Source: Rozella allomycis CSF55 (lineage: Eukaryota). From it: DNA of 64,000 nt. Both the position numbers and the translations under genes were made by a program. Every line of letters starts with the position of its first letter. The first letter of the stretch is position 1. The stretch is from the NCBI GenBank assembly GCA_000442015.1, contig KE561265.1, forward strand, positions 124,001 through 188,000. Direction: 5' to 3'. The notes below the pieces were generated by a model. That model made no database searches. It was given only the letters and a program-made list of their open reading frames with translations, and was not told the origin of the DNA. This document shows positions 1 through 11,781 of this stretch, in pieces.

Positions 1-3000
1 TCATCCAACAACTTTTGCATCTGCATCACCTTTTCATCCAAAACCCTCTTGTCACTATTAGAACTTTGAATCAATGCTAATTGTCCATTCAATTCACTCT
101 CTAGGTACTTTAAACGCTCTTCCTTGTTCATCTTTTCTTTTTCTATTCTTTCAATCAAAACACTTTGATCTTCAACTTGGTCCTTGTACTTCTTTAATTC
201 CTCTTGAATACTCTTCTTCATCTTTTGGTTTTCTTCAAATTGAGTCTCAAGTTCCTCATATTCACTCGTCAATAAGCGAAGATTCTCATCCAACTCTATT
301 TCCCTCTGTTGCGTACGCTTTAGTATCTCAAGTTGGTCAGCAGTCGCGTGTTTTTCATGCAAAAGTTCCTCTTCAATCTTTTTCTTTTCAATCTCTAACT
401 GGTTCTTCATATCCATTAAAGTCTGCTTTTCTTTTTCCTGCATTTGAAGCGCACTTTCCAAAGATATTATCTGGTCATCCTTCTTCTTTAAATCTTCTTC
501 AGTCCTAGTCACATTCAATAATGGCTTCACTTTCGAATACAATCGCCACCATGACCATTCTCTCAACTGAACATACACTCTCGCGTTCTTTTGAATCACC
601 TTTACAGCCTTAACAAAAGTAACACGTTTAAAAAATAATCTTTTGTGGATATACGATCTACACACAGCCTGAAAATCTCCAAATATTCTTCCCAACTTTG
701 CATCTCTAATGTCCTCCAATTCAGCCAACTAGATTTAAATATGCAAATATTCATTACAGCTCCTGCCTTGAAAAACACTTTGGTACTTCCAATTCTGTAT
801 TGACTCTTGTCTAAATTCAATCCTTCTAATAACATTTGCGCAGCCTTTTTGCCATCAATAAAACCTTTGGGGACGAGACTCGAATTTAATATTTCATATC
901 TTTGCTTAAAATCTGCAAATAAAAGCCTATTGGGATATCCCTGACGACATATTCTTATTCCTTCCAGCACACCGTTACAACGAAGTTGATCAAGTACAAG
1001 CTGAGCATGAATCTTTCCAGGTTTCTTTTCCTCATTTGGAACAATACATCTAACAAAATGAGGCTGTGTAGAATATAGTTGCTGCATCAACGTTAATAAT
1101 GACTCTCTGTGCTTTTGGGACACAGTTCTGAATGACCCCTTTTTCACTGCTCTGACTACCCTTGATGACACAATATCGTCTTCGTTGCCCAAATAGTCTT
1201 CAAAAAGTTTAGAAACAAAATTTTCACTAGAATTGGCTAGAAGCTTTGTAATGTTTTCATTTAAAGGATCCTTGTTTTTATCCAACCAGTTTTTAGTGCT
1301 ATATTCCACTTTTCCAGCATAATGAACAAGTGTAAAACTCTCGCCAAAACGAGGCGTTTCAAATTTATTTGACTTTCCTTTCCAAATTCCCCATATTTTC
1401 TCTGTAAATGTCTTGTCCGTAGCCTTGGGCATTACACATTCTTCATCCAGGCACGAAAAGATACCAACAGGCTAATTTACTAACAGATTAATGATTACAT
1501 TTGATTTTTCTATTAAATCAATAGTTGGTTGCAAGTCATGACCGAAATCGATAAAATTCCATTCAATATTCTCTTTCTTGTATTCCTCTTGCTCCAGAAT
1601 AAACATGTGATGATTGAAGAATTGTTGGAGTTTTTCATTTGTGTAATTTATACATAACTGTTCAAAGGTATTGTTCTTTTACAACTTGTTGATTATTTTT
1701 ACTTGGAATATTTCAAAGCCAGCAATGTCTAGCACTCCTATGAATGTTGATTTATTTCCAGGAAGGTCGATTTCTTGATTTATTCTGTCAACCAATTTTC
1801 CAAACATTCTTTCATACAATGACTTTGCTAATGCCTCTACAGAGTAAACAACCTGTGATGCTGTTCTTGCCTGAGACACCCAGTCCCTTCCAGCTTTAAT
1901 CACCGGCCTCAATAAGCCCTTTACAAAATCTGAAACTTGAACTCCCAATATATGACAGAGTTTCTCAACAACGGCCATGTCATTTATTTGAGCTTGATTT
2001 TCCTTATCTTCTTCAATATTTAAATTGCCTAAATGTAAAATAGCGGAGATTATTCTAAAATAGTCTTCCTGTTCATTTTGATGGAAATTCATGACATTCA
2101 TTGCTTCCTATGATTCAACTACAATGTAACGCCTTACAACCAGGTTTTTATATTCACTCGTATCGTCCACCCCTTCAATGTTTTTATTGGATGATTTCAC
2201 ATAGGCATAGTCATTGACGGTACCATCAATGAGAAATTTCTTTCTTAATTCAACCGGAGCCCCTTTTAGGAATTGATAAAAGATGTGATAGTTTCTCTCT
2301 TTTGATGTTTGGTATACAACGCGTGACTTTTCCAAAAGATAACGCTCAATATTCCCACCAGCTATTGCACCAGCATTATTGAATTCGATCCTAATAAATT
2401 TTCCCTTTAATCAAAACCATATTTGAAGCTTACAAATCTGGAGGAATTGTTATTCCTGATTGTCTGTGCATTACCGAACGCCTCCAAAATAGGATTGGCC
2501 AAAATTATTTTCTCTTCAAGGCATCCTGATGATGTCATTTTATCTGACGTGATTGAAGTCAAGTATTGGATAACTTTCTTGGTGTTTTCAGTTTTACCAG
2601 CACCAGATTCACCCCTATTATATATGTTTGTATTTGACATACGTGATCAAAATAGATTGATTCTCATGATTCTGGATCATATCCCGATAAGCATTGTCTG
2701 TAACAGCGTATATGTGAGGAGGCATCTCAATTCTCTTTTTGCCCTTAAACATTTTAACAACTTGATCAGAATAGATTGGTAGGCGATGATAAGGATTCAC
2801 AGTAACAAGGAAAAGGCCAGAATAAGTCTATCAAAAGTAATTAAAACCCATACATATATCAAGCTACTAAAATATCTTTGTTTCAAATTATGCAAAACCG
2901 AAGCTTCATTTAGGTAACTTAAATCTGCCATATCCTCTACCTTTTCAAACTTTGGTGGATTCATCTTCTCTGTCTGAGATATTTCCAAAGTCTTTTGCTA

Positions 3001-3212
3001 AACTCGATTTTGTTAATCTATCCTACTTGTCCATCTGCAAATTCGCAGGTAACCTTATCCCCGATTTCATTAACAATGAAAGCGGGTGCATATCCATCTT
3101 CTTTATCTTGGACCCATACCCACTTTTTCTCTGCCCATTGAGCCTGCTCAGTAACATCATTCACAGCAGATCGATGTGTATTTTTTAAATACTTTTCGGC
3201 TGACTCGTCCAT
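1..3212 (-). CDS. Myosin II heavy chain (N-terminal part; coiled-coil tail continues beyond window start); multi-exon
   Basis: Motor motifs [95 protein letters not shown]; pieces joined by short GT-AG introns. Confidence 0.95.
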
Positions 3213-3220
3213 GGCTTAAG

Positions 3221-3468
3221 TGTAAACAAACAGATCCGCAATTAAAAAATCCATTCCAAAAAATATATTAATTTTATGCAGCCATGTGTTACATATTTAT
3301 TGCGTGTTTTTCAAGACCATTATATTGTCTGTTACCATATAAGGNTGTAAACAAACAGATCCGCAATTAAAAAATCGATTCCAAAAAATATATTAAAATT
3401 TTATGCAGCCATGTGTTACATATTTATTGTGTGTTTTTCAAGACCATTATATTGTCTGTTATCTAAGG
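3221..3468. repeat. ~124-bp near-identical tandem duplication joined by an N (probable assembly/haplotype artefact)
   Basis: Two copies starting TGTAAACAAACAGATCCGC (3221, 3346), differing by a few SNPs/indels, with an N at 3345. Confidence 0.85.
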
Positions 3469-3599
3469 TATAACATCAGATGCCCATATATTTATGACTT
3501 TGTTTAAGACCAACTCTCAATACTATTAATATAAACGGGGTATATGTGGTATAAAAATAGCCTATCACACTAGATGAAACTACTAAGCCACATAGATTA

Positions 3600-4040
3600 A
3601 TGCGAAAATTATATATTTCTCTTTTACTAATATCAACTTCAATAGCGCAAAATTTGCCAGTGTATGAAACATTTAGTGATGAGATACTTGACACAAGCGA
3701 AGATGTACCGATAAATAGTATCTCCAGACCCATATATTACAACCTTAAACACTTAAAGGAACTGGCGTACAGCGCTGGAAAGGTTGCATGTGAAGATATT
3801 TTGACTATATTAGGAATGTCTGAAGAAAGCTACAACAATTCTCTTGAAGTTCTAGAGTTGTTAATTGATAGAGATTTAAATAGATTCAAATGTAAAGATG
3901 ACAAAAATGGCTTTGTTAAGAAAAAGGTCAAGGCTAAAAAAAGTGGATTTGACGAACAATTTCTTATTTATATGAATTACTTGATTCAAAAAGACCTGGT
4001 TGAAAGGAGCATGCAAAGGAATGTTAATAAAGTAGATTAA
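3600..4040 (+). CDS. Small putative secreted protein, 146 aa, intronless, no recognised family
   Basis: Signal-peptide-like N-terminus MRKLYISLLLISTSIAQ; single ORF. Confidence 0.65.
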   Translation: MRKLYISLLLISTSIAQNLPVYETFSDEILDTSEDVPINSISRPIYYNLKHLKELAYSAGKVACEDILTILGMSEESYNNSLEVLELLIDRDLNRFKCKDDKNGFVKKKVKAKKSGFDEQFLIYMNYLIQKDLVERSMQRNVNKVD

Positions 4041-4066
4041 CAAAATTACGAAATTCATTAAACGCT

Positions 4067-6006
4067 ATGAATATAGTTAGTATGAAATTTAAAGCCAAGT
4101 GAGTCAGATCATTATAATCAACATTCAAAAAATATTACATGTGCAGATATGAATAATAACTTCATTGTAACTGGAAGTGAAGATAGACGAGTTTATCTTT
4201 GGACTTTTGATAAACCAGATCCATTACTGGTAACATTATGAAATCCTAATGAAAGACAATGCTTGGTCATGCTTATCCTATAAGTTCTGTAACCCTAGAC
4301 GAGATGGAAGAAATAGGAGTTGCCGGGTCAACAAATGGTACAATTAAACTTTGGGATTTGCAGCAAAACAAAAGTATTATTTTTAGTGATCCATTTTAGT
4401 TATTCGGACTTTTACAGGCCACAAAAATCAAGTGACATCTTTGAGATTTCATCCACATTGCGAATTTTTTGCCTCTGGAAGTGAAAACTGTTTAAAAGTG
4501 TGGGATATTAAGAGGAAAGTTTGCATACAAAACTACGCCCTAGACAATGCCTCCTCGGTGAATGATATTGAATTTTCTCCTGACGGTCGATGGGTAGCAG
4601 CATCAGCTGGTGATAAAGTTCATGTAATCGTGATTAAGATAATTTACAAAGTTGTGGGATTTGACAGCTCAAAAGCTGTTATATACATTTTGTAAGCCCA
4701 AATTCAAAGTTCGATCATTTTGTTTTCATCCAAATGACATTCTTTTAAGTATGTGCGATGAAACTGGTTGTCAAACATTCTGGGATTTGGAAATGTTTCA
4801 ATGCATCTCAGAGTATCAAGTTCCTTTTGAAAATCCAAAATCTCTTTTCGCTGATCAAGGGCAAGCCATGATAGTGCTTTCGGAAACAGCTTTGGCGTCT
4901 ATTGGCTGGGAACCCCAAGGAGTATATGATGCAGAGAAGATTAATATACCTGGCAACTTTCTTACTCGCCAGATTAACGATACATTGTACACCGTCGGTT
5001 ACAGTGAAGCCAACTTGCTTCTATATTCCATAGATTTAAAAGTAACTACGCATAATAATTTTAAAAGAAATTAAGACCTTTTAATGGCATCGAAGAATTC
5101 CAAAACGAAAAGATTAATGTAAAGACAACAATTTCTAAACCACCATCACCTGTTTCTCCATCAAGATGCAACTGGTCTAGTCAATCACCAGTATTAATGA
5201 ATAATAAAATGGAATCTAATAGCCTAAATGCTAGCCTAAGCAACCTAAAGATAGAAAAGGTTCCAGCAGACATTCGATTGATCCCTAATAGTAGGGACAA
5301 AGCGATTGGACTCGATCCAAAGTCTTTTATTCAGGTAATTTATTTTTTCTTGCATTGAAAGCATGTGAAAGTAAATTCTCCAATTGAGTTGAATGACACG
5401 CTTCCCACTTCTGAATTGACTCAATTGCGTTTGACCATCGATGGAAACATTCCTTTTGTGAATTTAATGCAAGAAAGACTTTATAATATAAAAGAAGCTA
5501 AAATGATAAATTCAGAAATAGGATTAAAAGATTGTTTATTGTTTTTAAAAGAACTGAATGATTTAGCTGTAATCGCTGATGTATTGAAGACAATAAATGG
5601 TAAACCAGGAATCTGGAATCTAGACTGTTGCCGCATAGCATTAAGCTTAGTAAATAGACTACTGACAGGCATTTTTGAAGCGTAAGCAAAGTAAAATTAA
5701 ACTAAAAGGTATTATGAAGTAGCTTTTGATTGTGCTTCTTTTCTCATCACCCAGTTTTCGCCTATTGTAAAGACAACTCTTCAGAATCAACCTAATGGAA
5801 AAATTGTTGACATTCAAAGAGAAGAACGGTAATAAATAGCTTAATATCAGAACAGAATCAATAAATGCATGGAATGTCATGATTTCTTCAAGTCGATTTA
5901 TGATCAAACTAGAGTGACTATCAAGTATAAAGGCCCAATCACAAAGAAAGCTGCAGAATTAGAGGCAATTTTTGATCAAAACGGTCTACCAATGTTTATA
6001 TCATAA
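4067..6006 (+). CDS. KATNB1: Katanin p80 WD40 subunit
   Basis: WD40 repeats (TGSEDRRVYLW, GTIKLWDL, FTGHKNQVTSLRFHP, IEFSPDGRWVASAG) and C-terminal con80-like domain (DLAVIADVL, WNLDCCRIAL); 26-28 nt introns. Confidence 0.88.
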
Positions 6007-6032
6007 AATAAATTTATTAGCAGCAAAATTGA

Positions 6033-6995
6033 TTATTGATTATTTTCTAGAAGGAGAAATGTACCATATTTCTTGAAAAGAGAACAAGGNTACCATATTT
6101 CTTGAAAACAGAACAAGGGTCAGAAATATTTCCTTCAATTTGACGCTCAATGTCATGCCTTGTCTTCATAATGAGGAATTGATCTCGGAAATATGATATA
6201 TTTTCAAAGTTATTCCTTAAAATATCGTGTTCAAATGATGATAGTAAATGTGCAATATCCTTAATCTGTGATCGTTCTAACCAAGAAAGACAGTCAGGGA
6301 CTCTAAATTCTCGATCTCTCATTAGCGTTCCCGTTTGATAGATATTAGGATTATCTTCTTTAATTGAATTTGATGAACAGTCTCTATCGTTTTCTATTAT
6401 CATTTCACAGGCCTTGACTAGTTCGTTGAGTTTTTCTGCATTTAAACTTTTAGATTTTTCTTCATGGCATTGAGGAAGATCAGTGGTTGATATCACGTTA
6501 ACGAGGGGTGAAGATTTTGCTGATTTTAATCTGTGTGTGCGTTTTTTGGCTTTAGGCGATTCCATGGTGGTTTTGACGGGAGCCTCATTTTTTTCAGCAA
6601 CCGCCTTGTCCAATCTAAATGGTGATATTTCAAGCAATTTTTCTTCAGATGCTCCTTCTTTTTCCAGCTCAGATTTTCGTAACATGAATGCCATTTGTTG
6701 TCGTTCGGTTAAGCGTGACAAATCAAAATCACTGGACGCCATAGTTGACAATGTCCACCATTGCGAATCATTCTTTTTGCTTTTTTTAGTTCCTTTATAA
6801 GTCTAACAGGTCATTTTTACTTTTTTTGTTGAGTGCACGGCAAATACTCTTTGTATCTTCAAAATCAAAAATGCTCGAAGATAACTTGACAGGTGACGAT
6901 GTTAAGCAAGGTGTTCTTGGAATATTTATATCATCCAATGTTCTTTCTTTGAGTGCTCTCTTTGGGGATGACGAATAGGAAGGGGAACGCAACAT
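6033..6995 (-). CDS. Hypothetical Ser/Thr-Pro-rich, probably nuclear protein, 2 exons; 3' end disturbed by an N-joined duplication
   Basis: ORFs 6795-6995 and 6047-6751 join in frame via a 28-nt intron GTAAAAATGA...TATAAAG. Collapsing the 30-bp duplication at 6062-6119 gives ...FKKYGTFLLLENNQ*. Confidence 0.7.
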
Positions 6996-7027
6996 GTTTA
7001 TTTACGCGCCAATTTTGCGCGCCAAAA
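6994..7027 (-). promoter_or_regulatory. Tandem E2F-like sites plus a forkhead-like site abutting the ATG
   Basis: Minus strand reads TTTTGGCGCGCAAAATTGGCGCGTAAATAAAC-ATG; matches E2F TTTSSCGC and forkhead RYAAAYA consensus; GC-rich island in AT-rich DNA. Confidence 0.55.
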
Positions 7028-7089
7028 GTATTTGTAGCACTATTTTCGAAATTTCTCACAATACCAATGATTTTTAGAAAAATATCGTG

Positions 7090-7794
7090 ATGTGGGTATT
7101 TGGATACGGTAAGAGTTGTAGTGTTCTATTACAGGATCGCTGATATGGAAAGCTAATTTTAAGTTTGTTAAAAGGTATCAAATTTCATTACAATTGTTTC
7201 AAGGAGACCTGGGTATGTTAAAGGTTATGTTAGGCGATTTTGGCAGGTAGTTTTTTAAGTTTTTTAGCATCAGGGTAGTACTGATCACAGAGGTGTGCCT
7301 GGAGACAGTGGTAGAGTAGTTACTTTAATCCCATTTGAAGAATGGAAAACAATCAATGATGATGTATTATATTTTTTTTCCTTTAATAACATAGACAGTA
7401 AGTGATGGTGTTACTTTCGGTATGGCTTATCAAATTGCATTGGACGATGTCGATGAAATCCGCGCATATTTAGATTACCGAGAGAAAGGCGGATATGTTT
7501 GTGAAAAGGTTCAATGCCATTTATTAGATGGAGAAAAAGAAGTGGTGGACTGTATTTTGTACATTGCAACATCCGCTAATGAAGAATACTTAGGATTTGC
7601 CCCTTGTCATGACATAGCAAAGCAAATTCTTAAATGCAGAGGTATTAAATTAATAGTTTAATAAAGAAGGACCTAGTGGGACTAATGAGGAATATTTCGA
7701 AGAATTACACGATGTTCTATTAAAGCTATTTCCTGAAAATAAAGATGAGCATCTATTGCTGATTAAAAAGCATCTGAATTTATTAAAACAGTAA
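7090..7794 (+). CDS. CHAC: ChaC-family glutathione-specific gamma-glutamylcyclotransferase
   Basis: Spliced [54 protein letters not shown]. Confidence 0.92.
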
Positions 7795-7819
7795 ATAAAT
7801 AAATAAAATGGTATTTATT

Positions 7820-9745
7820 TTATAAAAGATTGACAGATTCAAGGATTGCCTTTAATTGATCGTATATCAAATTATTTTCCCTGTGGCAGCGATAAATCTC
7901 GAGTAAATATTCCAAGATGAAGAATTTCTTGGAATCTTTTTTCCAGGACAATGAAGCCAAATGAATGAATTCTTGAACAAATCGGTCATCAATGACGTTG
8001 TGCTTCATAAATCTAGTTAACGATTTTATCAAATTTATTCCAAGTTTAAAATGAAATGGATCGTTATTTTCAAGGCATTTACCAACAATATCTATGAGAG
8101 TTTTATGAATTAATTCTCGAACATTGCAATCTTGATGGAATTTTGAAATTGTCTCCACAAAGGCGTCGACAATTTTATAGATTTGAAAGATTGAATCACT
8201 AAATGAAATCACTTCTAAAAAGTTTCTGCTGGTCTCAACCAATTCTAATGTTGAAACTGAAATTTCATGCAAAAATGATTTTCTGAGTTCATTGTACGAA
8301 TCAGTTTGAACTAAGCTAAGATAATTGTCGAAAACTCCAACGTTTCTTTCAAAGGAAAATTCTTCCTTCAAGTAGGCTTTGACCATTACATCATTTGGAG
8401 TAGGCTCAGAAAGCGCATTTCTAGTCTTTTTTGGAAAAATGGCATCTCTTTTTATTATTCTCTTTAATTTTAATTCGCGTAACTTAAGTTTTAGATGTTC
8501 AGGCTGTGGTATTTTATTCCTCTCTAAGAATGAAAAGATATCTTCGCCAAAAACATTTAGAGATATTAAGCTTTGTGGTACTAACTTTATGATATAATCG
8601 ATGGTATCAATCGAAGGATTTATATCACCTCCGTACAAAAGCATTAATGGGCTATGAAGAAACGGACTTTTCATTGCTAAAGCCTTCTTAACATCAGATT
8701 CTTTATATTTCATTAAAGATTTGGCATTTCCTGCCAATAAAAGCAATTGTGCTACATTGTATTCCGACTGAACCCTATCTTGTAATGTATACACTCCAGT
8801 CTCCAGTAACATGTCAATTATGTCCAATTTTTTGTAATAAAATGCTTCTGAAATCAAGCAAATACTAGCGTCTTTTATTTTATCTGCTTCGGTAACATCA
8901 ATGAGATATTTGAACATATTTTCGCTACCATTAAGGAGGGCATGAAGAAACATATTTTTTCCATTATAATCAATTACAAACTTTAAATATTCCCTTTCTG
9001 CAAATATAGTTTTTAAAGCTGCTTTGATTAAAAAATGTTCACTCCCGGGATATTTGGAGGCGCTAATTAATACGACAGCCTGTTCATAGAGCTTTTTATC
9101 TGTATAATCAAGATCTTCAAAGAGCTTGACTTTTTTGAATTTCTTTCGAATGTTAGTTTTTTTATTTTTAATGTGATTGTACCAGTCCATTAATGGCTCT
9201 GAATCCTTCAGAGAATGTAAAACGGCACCTCTTTGAGTAATTTTAGAATAAGTAGACAAGTTATTTTGAACAATAAAGTCCAAAAAATGATACCTTTTAA
9301 ATTGAAGTAGATAGTCCGTTATTTCTTTTCGTGAAGAGTCTTTCGCAAACAGGAGCCATCTATCTTCTTTCTTTAACGTTTTCACATATACTTTAAACAT
9401 GTCAAATCTGTCTAAAATGCACATTTCTATGGAGTATATTGCACTATTCGGCCCTTGAGAAAACACCCATTCATACCCCTTTTTCAAAATGAACTCGAAT
9501 GCTCTTAAATTATTTTCTCTTATTACTTCTAAAAATATATCACTAAAATTCTCATCTTCATATTTAATAATCGAACTAAAATCATGCACTTCGAAAGATC
9601 CATCATTTTTAACGATCTCAATAAATTTTTCATACGGTGTCTCGAAATCTTCAACCAATTTGTAATTTTCCAGATTGACTTGATCTGCACAAAGTATTGG
9701 CGTTAAAGAAAAGCATAAAATTGCTGTTTGAACTAAAAATTTCAT
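7820..9745 (-). CDS. Putative secreted 641-aa protein with degenerate ankyrin-like repeats, intronless
   Basis: Signal peptide MKFLVQTAILCFSLTPILCA; ankyrin-like segments DYNGKNMFLHALLNGSENMFKYLID and LISEAFYYKKLDIIDMLLETG. Confidence 0.7.
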   Translation of the reverse strand: MKFLVQTAILCFSLTPILCADQVNLENYKLVEDFETPYEKFIEIVKNDGSFEVHDFSSIIKYEDENFSDIFLEVIRENNLRAFEFILKKGYEWVFSQGPNSAIYSIEMCILDRFDMFKVYVKTLKKEDRWLLFAKDSSRKEITDYLLQFKRYHFLDFIVQNNLSTYSKITQRGAVLHSLKDSEPLMDWYNHIKNKKTNIRKKFKKVKLFEDLDYTDKKLYEQAVVLISASKYPGSEHFLIKAALKTIFAEREYLKFVIDYNGKNMFLHALLNGSENMFKYLIDVTEADKIKDASICLISEAFYYKKLDIIDMLLETGVYTLQDRVQSEYNVAQLLLLAGNAKSLMKYKESDVKKALAMKSPFLHSPLMLLYGGDINPSIDTIDYIIKLVPQSLISLNVFGEDIFSFLERNKIPQPEHLKLKLRELKLKRIIKRDAIFPKKTRNALSEPTPNDVMVKAYLKEEFSFERNVGVFDNYLSLVQTDSYNELRKSFLHEISVSTLELVETSRNFLEVISFSDSIFQIYKIVDAFVETISKFHQDCNVRELIHKTLIDIVGKCLENNDPFHFKLGINLIKSLTRFMKHNVIDDRFVQEFIHLASLSWKKDSKKFFILEYLLEIYRCHRENNLIYDQLKAILESVNLL

Positions 9746-9865
9746 AACCCTAGTCGACAGAAAATATTTTCTCCCAGGGTTTTATACAAACGCTAAACAA
9801 TACAATCACATGAAGCAAATAAATTGAGGAAAAAATTTTTAAAATAGACAATATTGAATCTTTTA

Positions 9866-10532
9866 TTAAGCAACTGATAGACAAAGCAATGCCAATTGAT
9901 CAGCTTCACACTTGGGAAACTCGCCTGAAACAACAAAGACAGAATAACCTGGTTGAGTAAATTATAAAAATATACCGTCAAATTGAAGTTGTTTCAGATA
10001 CATTGATAAATATGTATTAGAAACTGGTTCAGGTTTGTTGCTTATAGAATTCAATATGTACCAATGGTTCCCGAATCTCCGCACCGTTATCCAATGACTA
10101 TCAAAATTGCATATAAATGCTTTTTCATATCTATTTAAGCTAGAAAAGCTAGCTACTGCATTTCATTATCCGCAAGTTTTAACGAGTTGATGTTGAGATC
10201 CCAGACCTTTAATGCTTTTTCAATCACTTGAAAAGAAAAGTATCCTGAATCATCATAGTTTGATGATTCCTCAGAAATAAATTTTAAGTAATCCTTTGTT
10301 TCCATACCACCTTCTGCAAGAGCTGTCCTTTCTTCATTGTCTAATTCTCTAGCAATTTCTGATAAATCTACAGCTGTAAAGTAAGATCCTTTTCAGCCTA
10401 CTTGTTAAAAATACCTTGTAACAGATTATTCAGGGCATGCTGTGCACAGAGTTGACCTTCTTGCTATATTTAGAATATTGATTCAAGTACTTTCTCAAAA
10501 TATATCGAATCTAAGATAATATTTTCTGACAT
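9866..10532 (-). CDS. ATXN3: Ataxin-3-type Josephin deubiquitinase (~186 aa, 5 exons; missed by the ORF track)
   Basis: Spliced IYFEKQEGQLCAQHALNNLLQGSYFTAVDL, SSNYDDSGYFSFQVI, CNFDSHWITVRRFGNHWYILNS; four 26-27 nt introns. Confidence 0.92.
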
Positions 10533-10620
10533 CCAAATTTTGGAAAATTTTTGAATCCTCGTCAATTCACACCAAGAGAAAAGTACCAAACTTAGATAAA
10601 ACGTTTAAAAGAAAAACTTT

Positions 10621-11765
10621 TTATTGGGCCCTTAGCTTTGATATCTTTTCGGAATGATTCTTAGAATATTTTGAGAAACCGCTTTTGTGAACTAATAAGG
10701 GTAGTTCTTTCCCTATCAAATAGAGCTTGTTGACATTATCCATATCGAAATCCGTATCTTCTCTATTAATAAATTTCTGATACGCATAAACGTAGGCAGT
10801 CATAAAAGCATCATGCATTGAAGAATGTGGTTCTGATGATTTACCCACAGTCATTACATGGTGCGAGATCGTTTCATCTTTTTTAATCTTTTTATGCTTC
10901 AAATTTTCATCCGAGTCCAATACTTGTTGTATATTATGAGACAAATCACATCTTTCATTGGAGCAATGACCATGATTCGCAAATGATTGGCATAATTGAT
11001 TCTTTACTTTTATTTCAGGAGCAATAGGCTCTTGAATGTAGATATCTTCAATTGTCAAAAACACTGGCGTTTCGATTCGGGAGGAATGTCTTTCGCTAAT
11101 TAAAGGACAAACAAATAATTACTATTTGTGATATAAATAAGATAGAAATGACTTTTCTTCTCGAGTATTGTAATCAGATACATATTTCGTGTCATGCACT
11201 CCACCAAACATGTCGTAAAGGTCAGCAACAAATGACTCTAGGTTTTTGGGCAAAGGTAGATAAAAATAGTTATATAAAAACATTAGATCCAAAAGACCGT
11301 TATGAACTACAATTTTTTTCTTAAATTTCACCAGTTCTTCCACCAATGGGCTGATTGGATTGGACTGGTCACCACCGTAAGATATTCCATTTTCTATTTG
11401 ATAATTAAAGTCAAAACCGTTCTTCAATAAAAATTTCAAAGCAGACGAGGAAACGGAATATTCTTTTTCTTTGAAAAGCATAAATTCAACGTTAAAGTAA
11501 GTATTATCTGGAGACACAATACAAAATGCCAAAGAAAACAATGCATGATTTTCAACCAATGTTTTTAAGTAATTATAACGTTCCTGAATATTGCTATCTT
11601 ACATTTAAATAGATCTTACGACAAGCGTGTTAGTTTGGGATCACCAAGACCAGAAAACTCTGTGTCCACTGAAATATAAGATGCTTTATGAATTTTTTCC
11701 AAGATTATTGGACTGTATACATGAACATTATGCCTTGTTACGACATAGGACGAGTTTTGTGTCAT
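10621..11765 (-). CDS. TOE1: TOE1 / CAF1-family DEDD deadenylase with CCCH zinc finger
   Basis: SVDTEFSGLG, IVVHNGLLDLMF, HDTKYVS, CQSFANHGHCSNERCDLSH, HSSMHDAFMT. Confidence 0.88.
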
Positions 11766-11781
11766 CCAAGCCACGTATTTT

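Noticed and set aside
74-508. Plus-strand 144-aa ORF and similar antisense ORFs (6483, 21281, 24506, 28540, 45270)
   Set aside because: Shadows of real genes on the opposite strand; low-complexity Ser/Phe/Leu-rich translations.
3221-3468. Tandem ~124-bp repeat as a real duplicated promoter
   Set aside because: Copies are joined exactly at an N and differ by SNP-level changes, typical of unmerged heterozygous contig ends.
6062-6119. 30-bp direct repeat causing an apparent frameshift
   Set aside because: N at the junction (6090) and a single C/G difference; likely two alleles concatenated by the assembler.
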